A DNA stretch of 41,076 bases from Actinomycetes bacterium (GTDB taxonomy: Bacteria; Actinomycetota; Actinomycetes; S36-B12; UBA5976). The stretch is taken from contig JBJSWT010000013.1 of the NCBI GenBank assembly GCA_046086025.1, positions 1 through 41,076 on the forward strand, given 5' to 3'. Positions 9,228 through 18,040 of this stretch are shown here, piece by piece. Under the pieces are notes generated by a model, which was not told the origin of the DNA, did no database searches, and worked only from the letters and a program-made list of their open reading frames with translations. A program made the position numbers and the translations under genes. Positions within the stretch are counted from its first letter, which is position 1; every line of letters starts with the position of its first letter.

Positions 9228-10205
9228 TTACAGGCGCTTTGTTGGTTTTAAGAAACCAACGCCCCACGATAAATGCATCGTAGGTAAAACTAGAAATAAA
9301 AGTAAACGACTTTTTAGACTTATTTTTCCTTTTATAGTTATAAAACCAAGAATTAAAACTGCAAGATAGCTAAATATTGCAAGCCAACCAATATTAAAGA
9401 AACTTATATTCGTAAAAATATTTAACAGAATAAAAATCAATCCTGTTACTAAACCTGAAACAGTGATAGGTGGAGCAAGATATCTCAATGAAATTGTCTC
9501 TGGATATTTTTTTGTAACTTGTTTTCTCCATTGACCATACTCAAAATACTGTTTTGCTAATGCTTTTAAATCTGGACGAGGTCTGTAACTTACAACTAAT
9601 TTAGGATTAAACCAAATCTTTCCACCAGTTTTTCTGATTCGATAATTTAATTCCCAATCTTGAGCTCTGACAAATGATTCATCAAAATATCCAACTCTTT
9701 CTAATGCACTTTTTCTAAAAGTTCCTAAATAAACTGTGTCCACTTCTCCTGGAGTTCCTCCAACATGAAATGGTGCATTACCAACTCCAAATTTAGAAGT
9801 CATTGCTGCTGCTACTGATTTTTCAAAATTAGAAATTCCTTCTGCTTGCATTAGTCCACCAACGTTATCTGCGTTAGTTTCTAAAAGAGTTGTAACTGCG
9901 TTATCTAAATAATTTTTATCAACAATGGCATGTCCGTCTAATCGAACAATGATGTCAAACCTTGAAGCTTTAATTGCTTCATTTAAGGCAGAGGCAGTTT
10001 TTCCTGATGGATTATTAATTAATTTAACCCTTGAATCTTTTGCTAGATCGTTTGCTACTTCGTTAGTTTTATCTTTTGATGGACCCAATGCCAAAATAAC
10101 TTCGAATTCAGAATCGTATTGTTGATTTAACACAGCACTTACTGCTTGGAATAAAAATCGTTCTTCATTCAAGACAGGAATTATCACTGAAACAGCAGGT
10201 TTCAT
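9228..10205 (-). CDS. Family 2 glycosyltransferase, ExoA-like, with C-terminal TM helices
   Basis: VSVIIPVLNEE, NPSGKTASALNEAI, RLDGHA, VGG, and the QDWELNYR and YRPRPDLKALAKQYFEYGQWR blocks resemble the ExoA-type GT2 pattern. Two or three C-terminal TM helices. Confidence 0.75.
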   Translation of the reverse strand: MKPAVSVIIPVLNEERFLFQAVSAVLNQQYDSEFEVILALGPSKDKTNEVANDLAKDSRVKLINNPSGKTASALNEAIKASRFDIIVRLDGHAIVDKNYLDNAVTTLLETNADNVGGLMQAEGISNFEKSVAAAMTSKFGVGNAPFHVGGTPGEVDTVYLGTFRKSALERVGYFDESFVRAQDWELNYRIRKTGGKIWFNPKLVVSYRPRPDLKALAKQYFEYGQWRKQVTKKYPETISLRYLAPPITVSGLVTGLIFILLNIFTNISFFNIGWLAIFSYLAVLILGFITIKGKISLKSRLLLFLVLPTMHLSWGVGFLKPTKRL

Positions 10206-10267
10206 CCTGATATCCCACCTTTTTTCATAAATCTATATAGCAACGCTAGCCGAATATAAATGAAATC

Positions 10268-11329
10268 TTGTTACTTAATCATACGATTGTCTGCGTGGAT
10301 AATAAAAAAGGTTTACCTGAGGATTGGTATCGCGATTCTTCAAAGGCTAACCAGAAATCTGGTAAGAAACCTACCAAAATTACTAAACCAAAAATCTTCC
10401 TCATTGTGCTTGCCTCTTTGAGTGTTTGGTTTATCTTTCTACTTTTTATAGCTTTATTGCAATTAAACAAAATAGAACTTGTAAGAAATGAATCAGAAAT
10501 TCCAAAATCTCCAGGTAGAACTTGGCTATTAATTGGAAGTGATTCCAGAGACGATATTGATAATCCTGTTTTAGAAGGTGCGCCCCTTGGCAAATTTGAA
10601 GGACAAAGAAGCGACACGATTTTAATTATGAGTGTTCCAAAAATTGGAACACCACTTCAATTAACAAGTATTCCTAGAGATTTATTGGTGACAATTCCTG
10701 CTCATGGAGAAACAGGTGAAAAGAAAAATAAAATAAATGCAGCGTATGCCTTTGGAGGTCCAAGTCTTTCCCTTAATACTGTAGAAAATTTAGTTGGTGT
10801 GCAAATGGATAATTATGCTGAAATTGGTTTTGCAGGTTTAGTAAATGTAGTTAACAGTTTTAATGGCATCACAGTTTGTCCAAGTCAAGATTTTGAAGAT
10901 AAAAAATCAGGTTTAAACATTAAGCAAGGTTGTCAAAAAGTAGATGGATTAACCGCACTTGCTTATGCTCGTATGCGTTATGCAGATCCCAAAGGTGACA
11001 TTGGAAGAACTGAAAGACAGCAAGAAGTAGTAAAGCAAATAATGAAAAAATCTTTATCGCCATTCACATTATTAAATCCAATTAGAGCACCACAAACAGT
11101 TTCTGCTTTAGCAAATGCAATTTCAGTTAATCAAGGAGTTGGACCTTTTGATTTAATTCCTTTAGCATTTGCTTTAAGAAGTGGCGGAATTGAATCTCAA
11201 ACTTTGCCTAACAAATCTGGTGGAAATGTCGGTGATTTAGGTTCTGTTAGAAAATTAACTGATAATGCTCAAGAAGTTTTCAAAGCATTACAAGAAGGAT
11301 CTAAAATTCCAGTTTTTGAAACAGAATAA
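10268..11329 (+). CDS. LytR-CpsA-Psr (LCP) family wall-polymer ligase, second paralogue
   Basis: TM helix, then WLLIGSDSR, QRSDTILIMSV, SIPRDL and ALAYARMRY...GDIGRTERQQ. The start is uncertain: TTG 10268 or GTG 10295, with no ATG nearby. Confidence 0.88.
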   Translation: MLLNHTIVCVDNKKGLPEDWYRDSSKANQKSGKKPTKITKPKIFLIVLASLSVWFIFLLFIALLQLNKIELVRNESEIPKSPGRTWLLIGSDSRDDIDNPVLEGAPLGKFEGQRSDTILIMSVPKIGTPLQLTSIPRDLLVTIPAHGETGEKKNKINAAYAFGGPSLSLNTVENLVGVQMDNYAEIGFAGLVNVVNSFNGITVCPSQDFEDKKSGLNIKQGCQKVDGLTALAYARMRYADPKGDIGRTERQQEVVKQIMKKSLSPFTLLNPIRAPQTVSALANAISVNQGVGPFDLIPLAFALRSGGIESQTLPNKSGGNVGDLGSVRKLTDNAQEVFKALQEGSKIPVFETE

Positions 11330-12079
11330 TTACTCAGTAATTTTACCGTTTAAATAATCTGCAGCATGATGAGTTCTTTCAAGTAAATCTGTAACATTTC
11401 TACCTTTAAGACTTACATGCCCAATTACTTCCATTAACTTCACTTCTTTTCCATATAAATGGACTCGCAATTCTGGATCTCTTGCCAAAATATGTAAAAA
11501 AGGTCTATACATGTCTGAATAATTTCCACCAATTACTTGGACAGTCACAATATTGTGATCGAGTAATTTAGGGCTACCCAAAGGTAAATTAAGTAATCCT
11601 CTTAGATGATTTTCAAAGATTGAAGTGATTGCTCCATCTAAAGTCCATAAACTTAAAAAAGTTGGTAATGAATTTACTTTGCATATTTTGAAATTATTGT
11701 CAGAAAACAAGACTTCTATAGCACCCTCTAAATTAATTTTTGTTGCCAACTCAATTGCTTCTGCTTGTAATTTTGTCGCATTTGCTTCACTTAAATTACT
11801 TGCCGGAGTAATAACTTCATCAACTTGAAAACTTGAAACAGGATAAACCACAATTTGACCTTGCTTAGATCTAGCTAGTGTCACCACAAATCCAGAAAGT
11901 GTTTCACTTACATCATAATTTTCAATTTTTGAAACTTTTGATGAGATAAAAAAATCAAAATCATGATTGATTGAGTCAATTATCTGGTAATTGATGTTAA
12001 GTTGTTTCAAAGAATTTTCGTAGTATCTAAGAAATTGTTCAGTATTTAGTAATCCTACTTTTGGTGAGTAATTGTTCAT
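11330..12079 (-). CDS. PurK-like (N5-CAIR synthetase family) protein, shortened and degenerate; probable pseudoenzyme
   Basis: The C-terminal about 130 aa align by eye with PurK (LPLGSPKLLDHNIVTVQVIGG...LRVHLYGKEVKLMEVIGHVSL). At the N-terminus, KVGLLNTEQFLRYY replaces the GGGQLGRM loop. The product is only 249 aa versus roughly 355-430 aa for PurK. The ORF is intact with no frameshift. Confidence 0.6.
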   Translation of the reverse strand: MNNYSPKVGLLNTEQFLRYYENSLKQLNINYQIIDSINHDFDFFISSKVSKIENYDVSETLSGFVVTLARSKQGQIVVYPVSSFQVDEVITPASNLSEANATKLQAEAIELATKINLEGAIEVLFSDNNFKICKVNSLPTFLSLWTLDGAITSIFENHLRGLLNLPLGSPKLLDHNIVTVQVIGGNYSDMYRPFLHILARDPELRVHLYGKEVKLMEVIGHVSLKGRNVTDLLERTHHAADYLNGKITE

Positions 12080-12080
12080 T

Positions 12081-12883
12081 TTAATGTGACAAAGTAATGT
12101 CAGCTGAAGTTAAATTCAAAGTTTTTAACTCAGTTTTTACTTGCAATTCTCCTGAGTCTAAAACGTCTATTACTGTGCCTTGAATTATCTCTTTACCTAC
12201 TAATTGTGCATTGATATCTTGACCAATTGTTACACAATTTGTTTTGTAGTCTCTAATACTTGCCTTGGTAGGCCAGGTGGTTGCAAGATTTTCTTCATTC
12301 CAAAGAGCGGCTAACTCAGAAACAAAACTTGCAATAATTTCTTCTTTCAATATTTCTGAATTTAACAATGTTCTTAAACTTGTTGCATTTGTTATTGGTA
12401 ATTCTTCATTTTTTTGATTGTAATTAATGCCTACTCCAACTATTGCATAATCTTCAATCATTTCTACTAATATCCCAGAAAATTTAAATTGTTCATTGTT
12501 TTTTATTAAAACTAAGTCATTTGGCCATTTAATTTTTATATTTTCATTAGTTAATGCTTCAAGGCTTCTGAATAGAGCAAGACTTGTTAATAGAGGAATC
12601 CATGCAGTATTTCCATTTTTGTTTGGTTTTAAGCAGATTGATATAAATATTGAAGAATTTTTAGGGGCAATCCAAGATCGATTTTGTCTTCCTTTGCCTT
12701 TAGTTTGAAAGTTTGCCAGGACAAATAAACCTTCTTTTTTTTCCATTTTTTTAATAAATTCATTAGTGGAATCAACTTCATCAAGTAACACATATTCCTG
12801 CCATAGACTGCTTCGTTTTTTGAGTTCCTGCGCTAAAACTTGAGTGTCTAGGCCTGCTCTGTTTTCGTAAAAATCTGTCACAC
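12081..12883 (-). CDS. birA: Biotin--[acetyl-CoA-carboxylase] ligase
   Basis: Biotin loop GKGRQNRSW and LDEVDSTN. I prefer GTG 12883, which gives 267 aa with STN at residues 38-40, the same layout as the 266-aa mycobacterial BirA. The track start ATG 12965 adds a hydrophobic extension and overlaps accD5. Confidence 0.85.
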
Positions 12884-12924
12884 TAGTACCGTACGACAAG
12901 AGACATATAAAGAGTGAGGACCAG

Positions 12925-14514
12925 GTGGCAAGTAATACAAGCGATAACACAAATCCTCGTACCACTGCGTCTAAATTAAAAAATCTTCAAGGAATAAAAA
13001 AAGAAATTCATGAAGATCAAGCCCAAGTTGCTAAAGATAAACAAAATGCCAAGGGCAAGAAAAGTGCTCGAGAAAGATTAGCTTCCCTTTTAGATGAAGG
13101 AACTTTTCAAGAAATAGATGAATTAGTAAGACATCAAAAAAATAATTTTGGAATGAATAAGAATCGCCCAGCTGGTGATGGAGTAATCACAGGTTTTGGA
13201 ACCATTGATGGTCGACCAATTTATGTTTATTCACAAGATTTCACAACTATGGGTGGATCTTTAGGTGAAGCAATGGGTGGAAAAATTGTTAAGTTAATGG
13301 ATTTAGCAATAAAAACTGGTGCTCCAATTGTAGGAATTAATGATTCAGGTGGAGCAAGAATCCAAGAAGGTGTTGCTTCATTAGCAATGTATGGAGAAAT
13401 ATTTTTAAGAAACACAAAAGCATCTGGAGTAGTTCCCCAAATTTCCATAATTATGGGTCCTTGTGCAGGTGGTGCAGTTTATTCTCCAGCATTAACAGAT
13501 TTTGTGGTGATGGTTGATAAAACTTCTCACATGTTTATTACTGGCCCAGATGTTATTAAAACAGTTACTGGTGAAGAAGTTTCTTTTGAAGATTTAGGTG
13601 GAGCAAGAGCTCATGCAACAAAATCAGGTGTTGCCCATTACATGGCAAGTGATGAAGATGATGCACTTGATTACGTAAGAACTTTATTAAGTTTTCTTCC
13701 ATCAAATAATGCTGAATCTGCACAACATTTTGATTCCCGAGTTGATTTAGAAGTTAACCAACATGATTTAGAGATGGACACTCTTGTGCCTGATTCTCCA
13801 AATCAACCATATGACATGCACGTGTTAGTAAAACATGTGTTAGATGATGATGAATTTTTTGAAGTACATTCTGGTTGGGCTCCAAACATAATGGTTGGTT
13901 TTGGAAGAATAGAAGGTCAAAGTGTTGGTGTGGTTGCAAATCAACCTATGCAATTTGCGGGAACTTTAGATATTGAAGCATCTGAAAAAGCTGCAAGATT
14001 TGTGAGAACTTGTGATGCTTTTAATATTCCCATAATTACTTTTGTTGATGTTCCAGGATTTTTACCAGGAGTAGATCAAGAATACGGTGGAATTATTAGA
14101 CGTGGTGCCAAATTAATTTATGCATACGCAGAAGCAAGTGTGCCCTTAATAACTGTCATTACTAGAAAAGCTTATGGTGGCGCATACATTGTTATGGGTT
14201 CAAAACATTTAGGTGCTGATTTAAATTTTGCTTGGCCAACTGCTCAAGTTGCAGTTATGGGTGCACAAGGTGCTGTAAATATTTTATTTAGAAAAGAAAT
14301 AAGTTCTGCTTCAGATCAAGTTAAAGAAAGACAAGATCGAATTAGTGAATATGAAGAAGCATTTGATAATCCATATGTTGCAGCAGAACGCGGTTGGATC
14401 GATGCTGTGATTGCTCCGAGTGAAACTCGAATTCGAATCATTAGAGGCTTAAGACAATTAATGACTAAACGCGAATCAATGCCACCTAAAAAACATGGAA
14501 ATATTCCTTTATGA
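12925..14514 (+). CDS. accD5: Acyl-CoA (propionyl-CoA) carboxylase carboxyltransferase beta subunit
   Basis: The 529-aa carboxyltransferase has two crotonase-like halves ([34 protein letters not shown]). GTG start. It is followed by an epsilon-subunit gene, as in Rv3280-Rv3281. Confidence 0.92.
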   Translation: MASNTSDNTNPRTTASKLKNLQGIKKEIHEDQAQVAKDKQNAKGKKSARERLASLLDEGTFQEIDELVRHQKNNFGMNKNRPAGDGVITGFGTIDGRPIYVYSQDFTTMGGSLGEAMGGKIVKLMDLAIKTGAPIVGINDSGGARIQEGVASLAMYGEIFLRNTKASGVVPQISIIMGPCAGGAVYSPALTDFVVMVDKTSHMFITGPDVIKTVTGEEVSFEDLGGARAHATKSGVAHYMASDEDDALDYVRTLLSFLPSNNAESAQHFDSRVDLEVNQHDLEMDTLVPDSPNQPYDMHVLVKHVLDDDEFFEVHSGWAPNIMVGFGRIEGQSVGVVANQPMQFAGTLDIEASEKAARFVRTCDAFNIPIITFVDVPGFLPGVDQEYGGIIRRGAKLIYAYAEASVPLITVITRKAYGGAYIVMGSKHLGADLNFAWPTAQVAVMGAQGAVNILFRKEISSASDQVKERQDRISEYEEAFDNPYVAAERGWIDAVIAPSETRIRIIRGLRQLMTKRESMPPKKHGNIPL

Positions 14515-14726
14515 GTAAACCCTTAGATTTTAAAGTTGTCAGAGGAAACCCAACTCCAGAAGAATTACATGCTATAGAAATTGCTTTAATTTCAGCAAAA
14601 AATTCATCAGGAGAACTACTTAAACAAAAATCAAAAGTAAGTAATTGGAATAACCCAAAGTTAAAATTTAGAACTTCCCCACTTTTAGATAGTGGCTGGC
14701 AATTTTCTAAAACAAGTGGAGTATGA
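14511..14726 (+). CDS. accE5: Acyl-CoA carboxylase epsilon subunit
   Basis: The 71-aa product has the [18 protein letters not shown] motif typical of AccE. ATGA overlap with accD5 upstream and with maf downstream. Confidence 0.8.
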   Translation: MSKPLDFKVVRGNPTPEELHAIEIALISAKNSSGELLKQKSKVSNWNNPKLKFRTSPLLDSGWQFSKTSGV

Positions 14727-15340
14727 GCTTTCCGGTAATCCTGGCATCAAATTCTCCTGCTCGATTGATGCTTTTAAAAACACAAAAAATTAATCCGATT
14801 GTCATACCTAGTGAAATAAATGAAAAAGATCTCGAAAACTCCTTTAAAGATTCACCCGTCTCAAAAATAGTTCTTGAATTATCAATTGCCAAAGCAAAAA
14901 ATGTGCTGGAAAACAATATTTCTTTAACAGAGGGAATATTAATTGCTGCAGATTCAATGTTGGAATTTGAAAATAAACCGTTTGGAAAACCTTTAACAGC
15001 TGATGCTGCCATTCAAAGGTGGCAAAATATGCGAGGTAAAACTGGAATTTTACATACTGGCCACACAATTATTCGACTTGATAACAAAAAGTTAATTTCA
15101 AAAGCAGTTTCAACAAAAGTTTATTTTGCAAACATCGATGATGAAGAAATTTTTGACTATGTGGCAACCACAGAGCCTTTGCATGTGGCAGGAGCTTTCA
15201 CTATCGACTCTTTAGGTGCAGCATTTATTACTAAAGTTGAAGGAGATCACAGTAATGTTATTGGTTTATCTTTACCAATTGTTAGAGAAATGGTGAAAGA
15301 ACTTGGCTTGTCTTGGACTAAATTATGGGACATCAAATAA
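14723..15340 (+). CDS. maf: Maf-like nucleoside triphosphate pyrophosphatase
   Basis: VILASNSPARLMLL, ADSM and GKP motifs. Its position between accE5 and accA3 matches Rv3282. Confidence 0.88.
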   Translation: MSFPVILASNSPARLMLLKTQKINPIVIPSEINEKDLENSFKDSPVSKIVLELSIAKAKNVLENNISLTEGILIAADSMLEFENKPFGKPLTADAAIQRWQNMRGKTGILHTGHTIIRLDNKKLISKAVSTKVYFANIDDEEIFDYVATTEPLHVAGAFTIDSLGAAFITKVEGDHSNVIGLSLPIVREMVKELGLSWTKLWDIK

Positions 15341-15351
15341 AGTGATTCATC

Positions 15352-17136
15352 ATGGCTAAAACTGAAAACTCTAAATTTCCCATCAGTAAAGTTTTAATTG
15401 CAAATCGTGGAGAAATTGCCGTCAGAGTTGCCAGGGCTTGTAAAGATGCAGGAATAAAGAGTGTGGCAATTTATGCCGATCCTGACAGAGATGCATTACA
15501 TGTTTTACATGCTGATGAGGCCTATGCCCTTCATGGAAATTTAGCTAGTGAAACTTATCTATCTATTCCAAAAATTGTAGAGATTGCAAAAAAATCTGGA
15601 GCAGATGCGATTCATCCTGGATATGGATTTCTTTCAGAAAATGCTGAATTTGCGCAAAGTGTCATTGATGCAAATCTAAATTGGATTGGGCCTTCCCCTG
15701 CTGCGATAAAAGCTTTAGGAGACAAAGTTCAAGCAAGACATATTGCTTCAAAAGTTGGAGCACCGTTAGTGCCTGGCACTAAAGATCCTGTTAAAGATGC
15801 AAGTGAAGTTGTGGAATTTGCAAAACAACATGGCTTACCTGTTGCAATTAAAGCTGCATTTGGTGGTGGAGGTCGTGGATTAAAAGTTGCTCGAACAATG
15901 GATGAAATTGTTGAACTTTATGAATCTGCAGTAAGAGAAGCAGTTGCTGCCTTTGGTAGAGGTGAATGTTTTGTTGAAAGATATTTAGATAAACCAAGAC
16001 ACGTGGAAACCCAATGTTTAGCTGATAAACATGGAAACGTAGTTGTGGTTTCAACTAGAGATTGTTCTTTGCAAAGAAGACATCAGAAATTAGTAGAGGA
16101 AGCTCCTGCCCCATTTTTAAATGACGAACAAAGAAAACAACTTTATGATTCTTCAAAAGCAATATTAAAAGAAGCTAAATATGAAGGTGCTGGAACTTGT
16201 GAGTTTCTAATTGGCCAAGATGGAACAATTTCTTTCTTAGAAGTAAACACAAGACTTCAAGTTGAACATCCAGTTTCTGAAGAAGTTACTGGAATTGATT
16301 TAGTTCGCGAGCAATTAAGAATCGCGATGGGTGAAAAACTTGGTTACCACGATCCAATTATTAATGGCCACAGCATTGAATTTCGAATTAATGGTGAAGA
16401 TCCTGGCAAAAACTTTTTACCAGCACCTGGTCAATTAAAAGTTTGGAAAGAACCTAGTGGCACAGGTGTAAGAGTCGATGCTGGTTTTAAACAAGGTGAC
16501 ATTATTGGTGGAAATTTCGATTCGTTATTAGCCAAATTAATTGTCACGGGAGCAAATCGACAAGAAGCATTAGAAAGAGCCAGAAGAGCATTATCTGAAT
16601 TTGAAGTTCAAGGAATCGCTACTGCTATTCCTTTTCATAAAGCAGTTATTACAGATCCTGCATTTGCACCAAATGATCCGTTACAAAAATTTAGTGTTTA
16701 CACAAGTTGGATTGAAAATGAATTTAATAATCAAATCCCGGCATATGTTGATAACAGTAAGACTTCCCTTATTGATGATCGTTCAACTTTAGTTTTAGAA
16801 GTTAATGGAAAAAGAATTGAAGTTACTATGCCCAATGGGTTAACTTCAGGTGGAGTAAAACAAAAGAAGCCACCTGTAGCAAGACATCAAAGAACTAACC
16901 TAGGCTCTCTTGATTCAGATGCTATTCAAAGTCCAATGCAAGGAACTCTAGTAAAGATTGCAGTAACTAATGGTCAAAGTGTTAATGAGGGTGATCTTTT
17001 ATTTGTCATTGAAGCCATGAAAATGGAACAGCCAATTCTGGCCCATAAAAAAGGTGTTGTAAGCGAACTATCTGTTGAAGTTGGTGCCTCTGTTGCAAAC
17101 GGGGCCGTTCTTTTAGAAATTAGGGATAACTCTTAA
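15352..17136 (+). CDS. accA3: Acetyl/propionyl-CoA carboxylase alpha subunit (biotin carboxylase plus BCCP domain)
   Basis: ATP-grasp biotin carboxylase N-terminus ([12 protein letters not shown]) and a C-terminal biotinyl domain with EAMKME. Confidence 0.93.
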   Translation: MAKTENSKFPISKVLIANRGEIAVRVARACKDAGIKSVAIYADPDRDALHVLHADEAYALHGNLASETYLSIPKIVEIAKKSGADAIHPGYGFLSENAEFAQSVIDANLNWIGPSPAAIKALGDKVQARHIASKVGAPLVPGTKDPVKDASEVVEFAKQHGLPVAIKAAFGGGGRGLKVARTMDEIVELYESAVREAVAAFGRGECFVERYLDKPRHVETQCLADKHGNVVVVSTRDCSLQRRHQKLVEEAPAPFLNDEQRKQLYDSSKAILKEAKYEGAGTCEFLIGQDGTISFLEVNTRLQVEHPVSEEVTGIDLVREQLRIAMGEKLGYHDPIINGHSIEFRINGEDPGKNFLPAPGQLKVWKEPSGTGVRVDAGFKQGDIIGGNFDSLLAKLIVTGANRQEALERARRALSEFEVQGIATAIPFHKAVITDPAFAPNDPLQKFSVYTSWIENEFNNQIPAYVDNSKTSLIDDRSTLVLEVNGKRIEVTMPNGLTSGGVKQKKPPVARHQRTNLGSLDSDAIQSPMQGTLVKIAVTNGQSVNEGDLLFVIEAMKMEQPILAHKKGVVSELSVEVGASVANGAVLLEIRDNS

Positions 17137-17220
17137 AACCTATTTTGTGCGACATCTCACAAGGGTTTGAATAACTTTTGAGTATGCGCAACCCCATCCA
17201 GCAAGACTAAACTCTTTTGC

Positions 17221-18027
17221 ATGGCGATTAGCTCAATGGAAAAAGGTGTAGGTTCTCCTACCAGAGCTCAAGTTCCCTATCGTCATTTAAGAATTGATAA
17301 ATGGTGGATTCAACCAGCAATTACTGTTGGTGTTTTAGTTTCTTTTATTATCTATTCAACTTTCAGAGCTTTTGAAAATAAATTTTATTTTGCAGAACCA
17401 CTAATTTCACCTTTTTATTCACCATGCTTAGCAACAAGTTGTGTTGAAGGAGCTTCACATTTAGGTCAACCATTTGGTAGTTGGTGGATTTTGTCTCCTG
17501 CTTTGATAATTCTTGCTGTTCCACTTGGATTTAGATTGACTTGCTATTACTACCGAAAAACTTATTACCGTTCTTTCTGGCAATCACCACCTGCTTGCGC
17601 AGTTGCTGAGCCACATAAATCATATTCAGGAGAAACTAGATCTCCATTAATTTTGCAAAATGCACATCGTTACTTCTTTTTATTAGGACTAATTTTTAAC
17701 GTCATCCTTACTTATGATGCAATTATTGCTTTCAAAGATCCAGAAGGTAATTGGGGACATTTAAGTGTAGGAACACTTGTGATGGTTGCAAATGCAACGC
17801 TGCTTTGGTTGTACTCACTTTCCTGTCACTCTTGCAGACATGCAATCGGGGGAAGATTAAAACATTTCTCAAAACATCCTCTTCGATACAAAAGTTGGAC
17901 AATAGTTTCCAAATTGAATGTGCATCACGCCAAATTTGCTTGGGTTTCTTTAGTAGGTGTTGCTCTTTGTGATTTATATGTTCGTTTAGTTGCAAGTGGC
18001 ACAATAACTAACTTTTATTTCTTTTAA
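17221..18027 (+). CDS. sdhC: Succinate dehydrogenase membrane-anchor subunit, Sdh1 type (Rv0249c-like)
   Basis: Polytopic membrane protein directly upstream of sdhA/sdhB. Its size (268 aa) and position match the single large anchor of mycobacterial Sdh1. It contains a C-H-S-C-R-H cluster (residues 202-207). Confidence 0.7.
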   Translation: MAISSMEKGVGSPTRAQVPYRHLRIDKWWIQPAITVGVLVSFIIYSTFRAFENKFYFAEPLISPFYSPCLATSCVEGASHLGQPFGSWWILSPALIILAVPLGFRLTCYYYRKTYYRSFWQSPPACAVAEPHKSYSGETRSPLILQNAHRYFFLLGLIFNVILTYDAIIAFKDPEGNWGHLSVGTLVMVANATLLWLYSLSCHSCRHAIGGRLKHFSKHPLRYKSWTIVSKLNVHHAKFAWVSLVGVALCDLYVRLVASGTITNFYFF

Positions 18028-18040
18028 AGGAGAAATTTAA

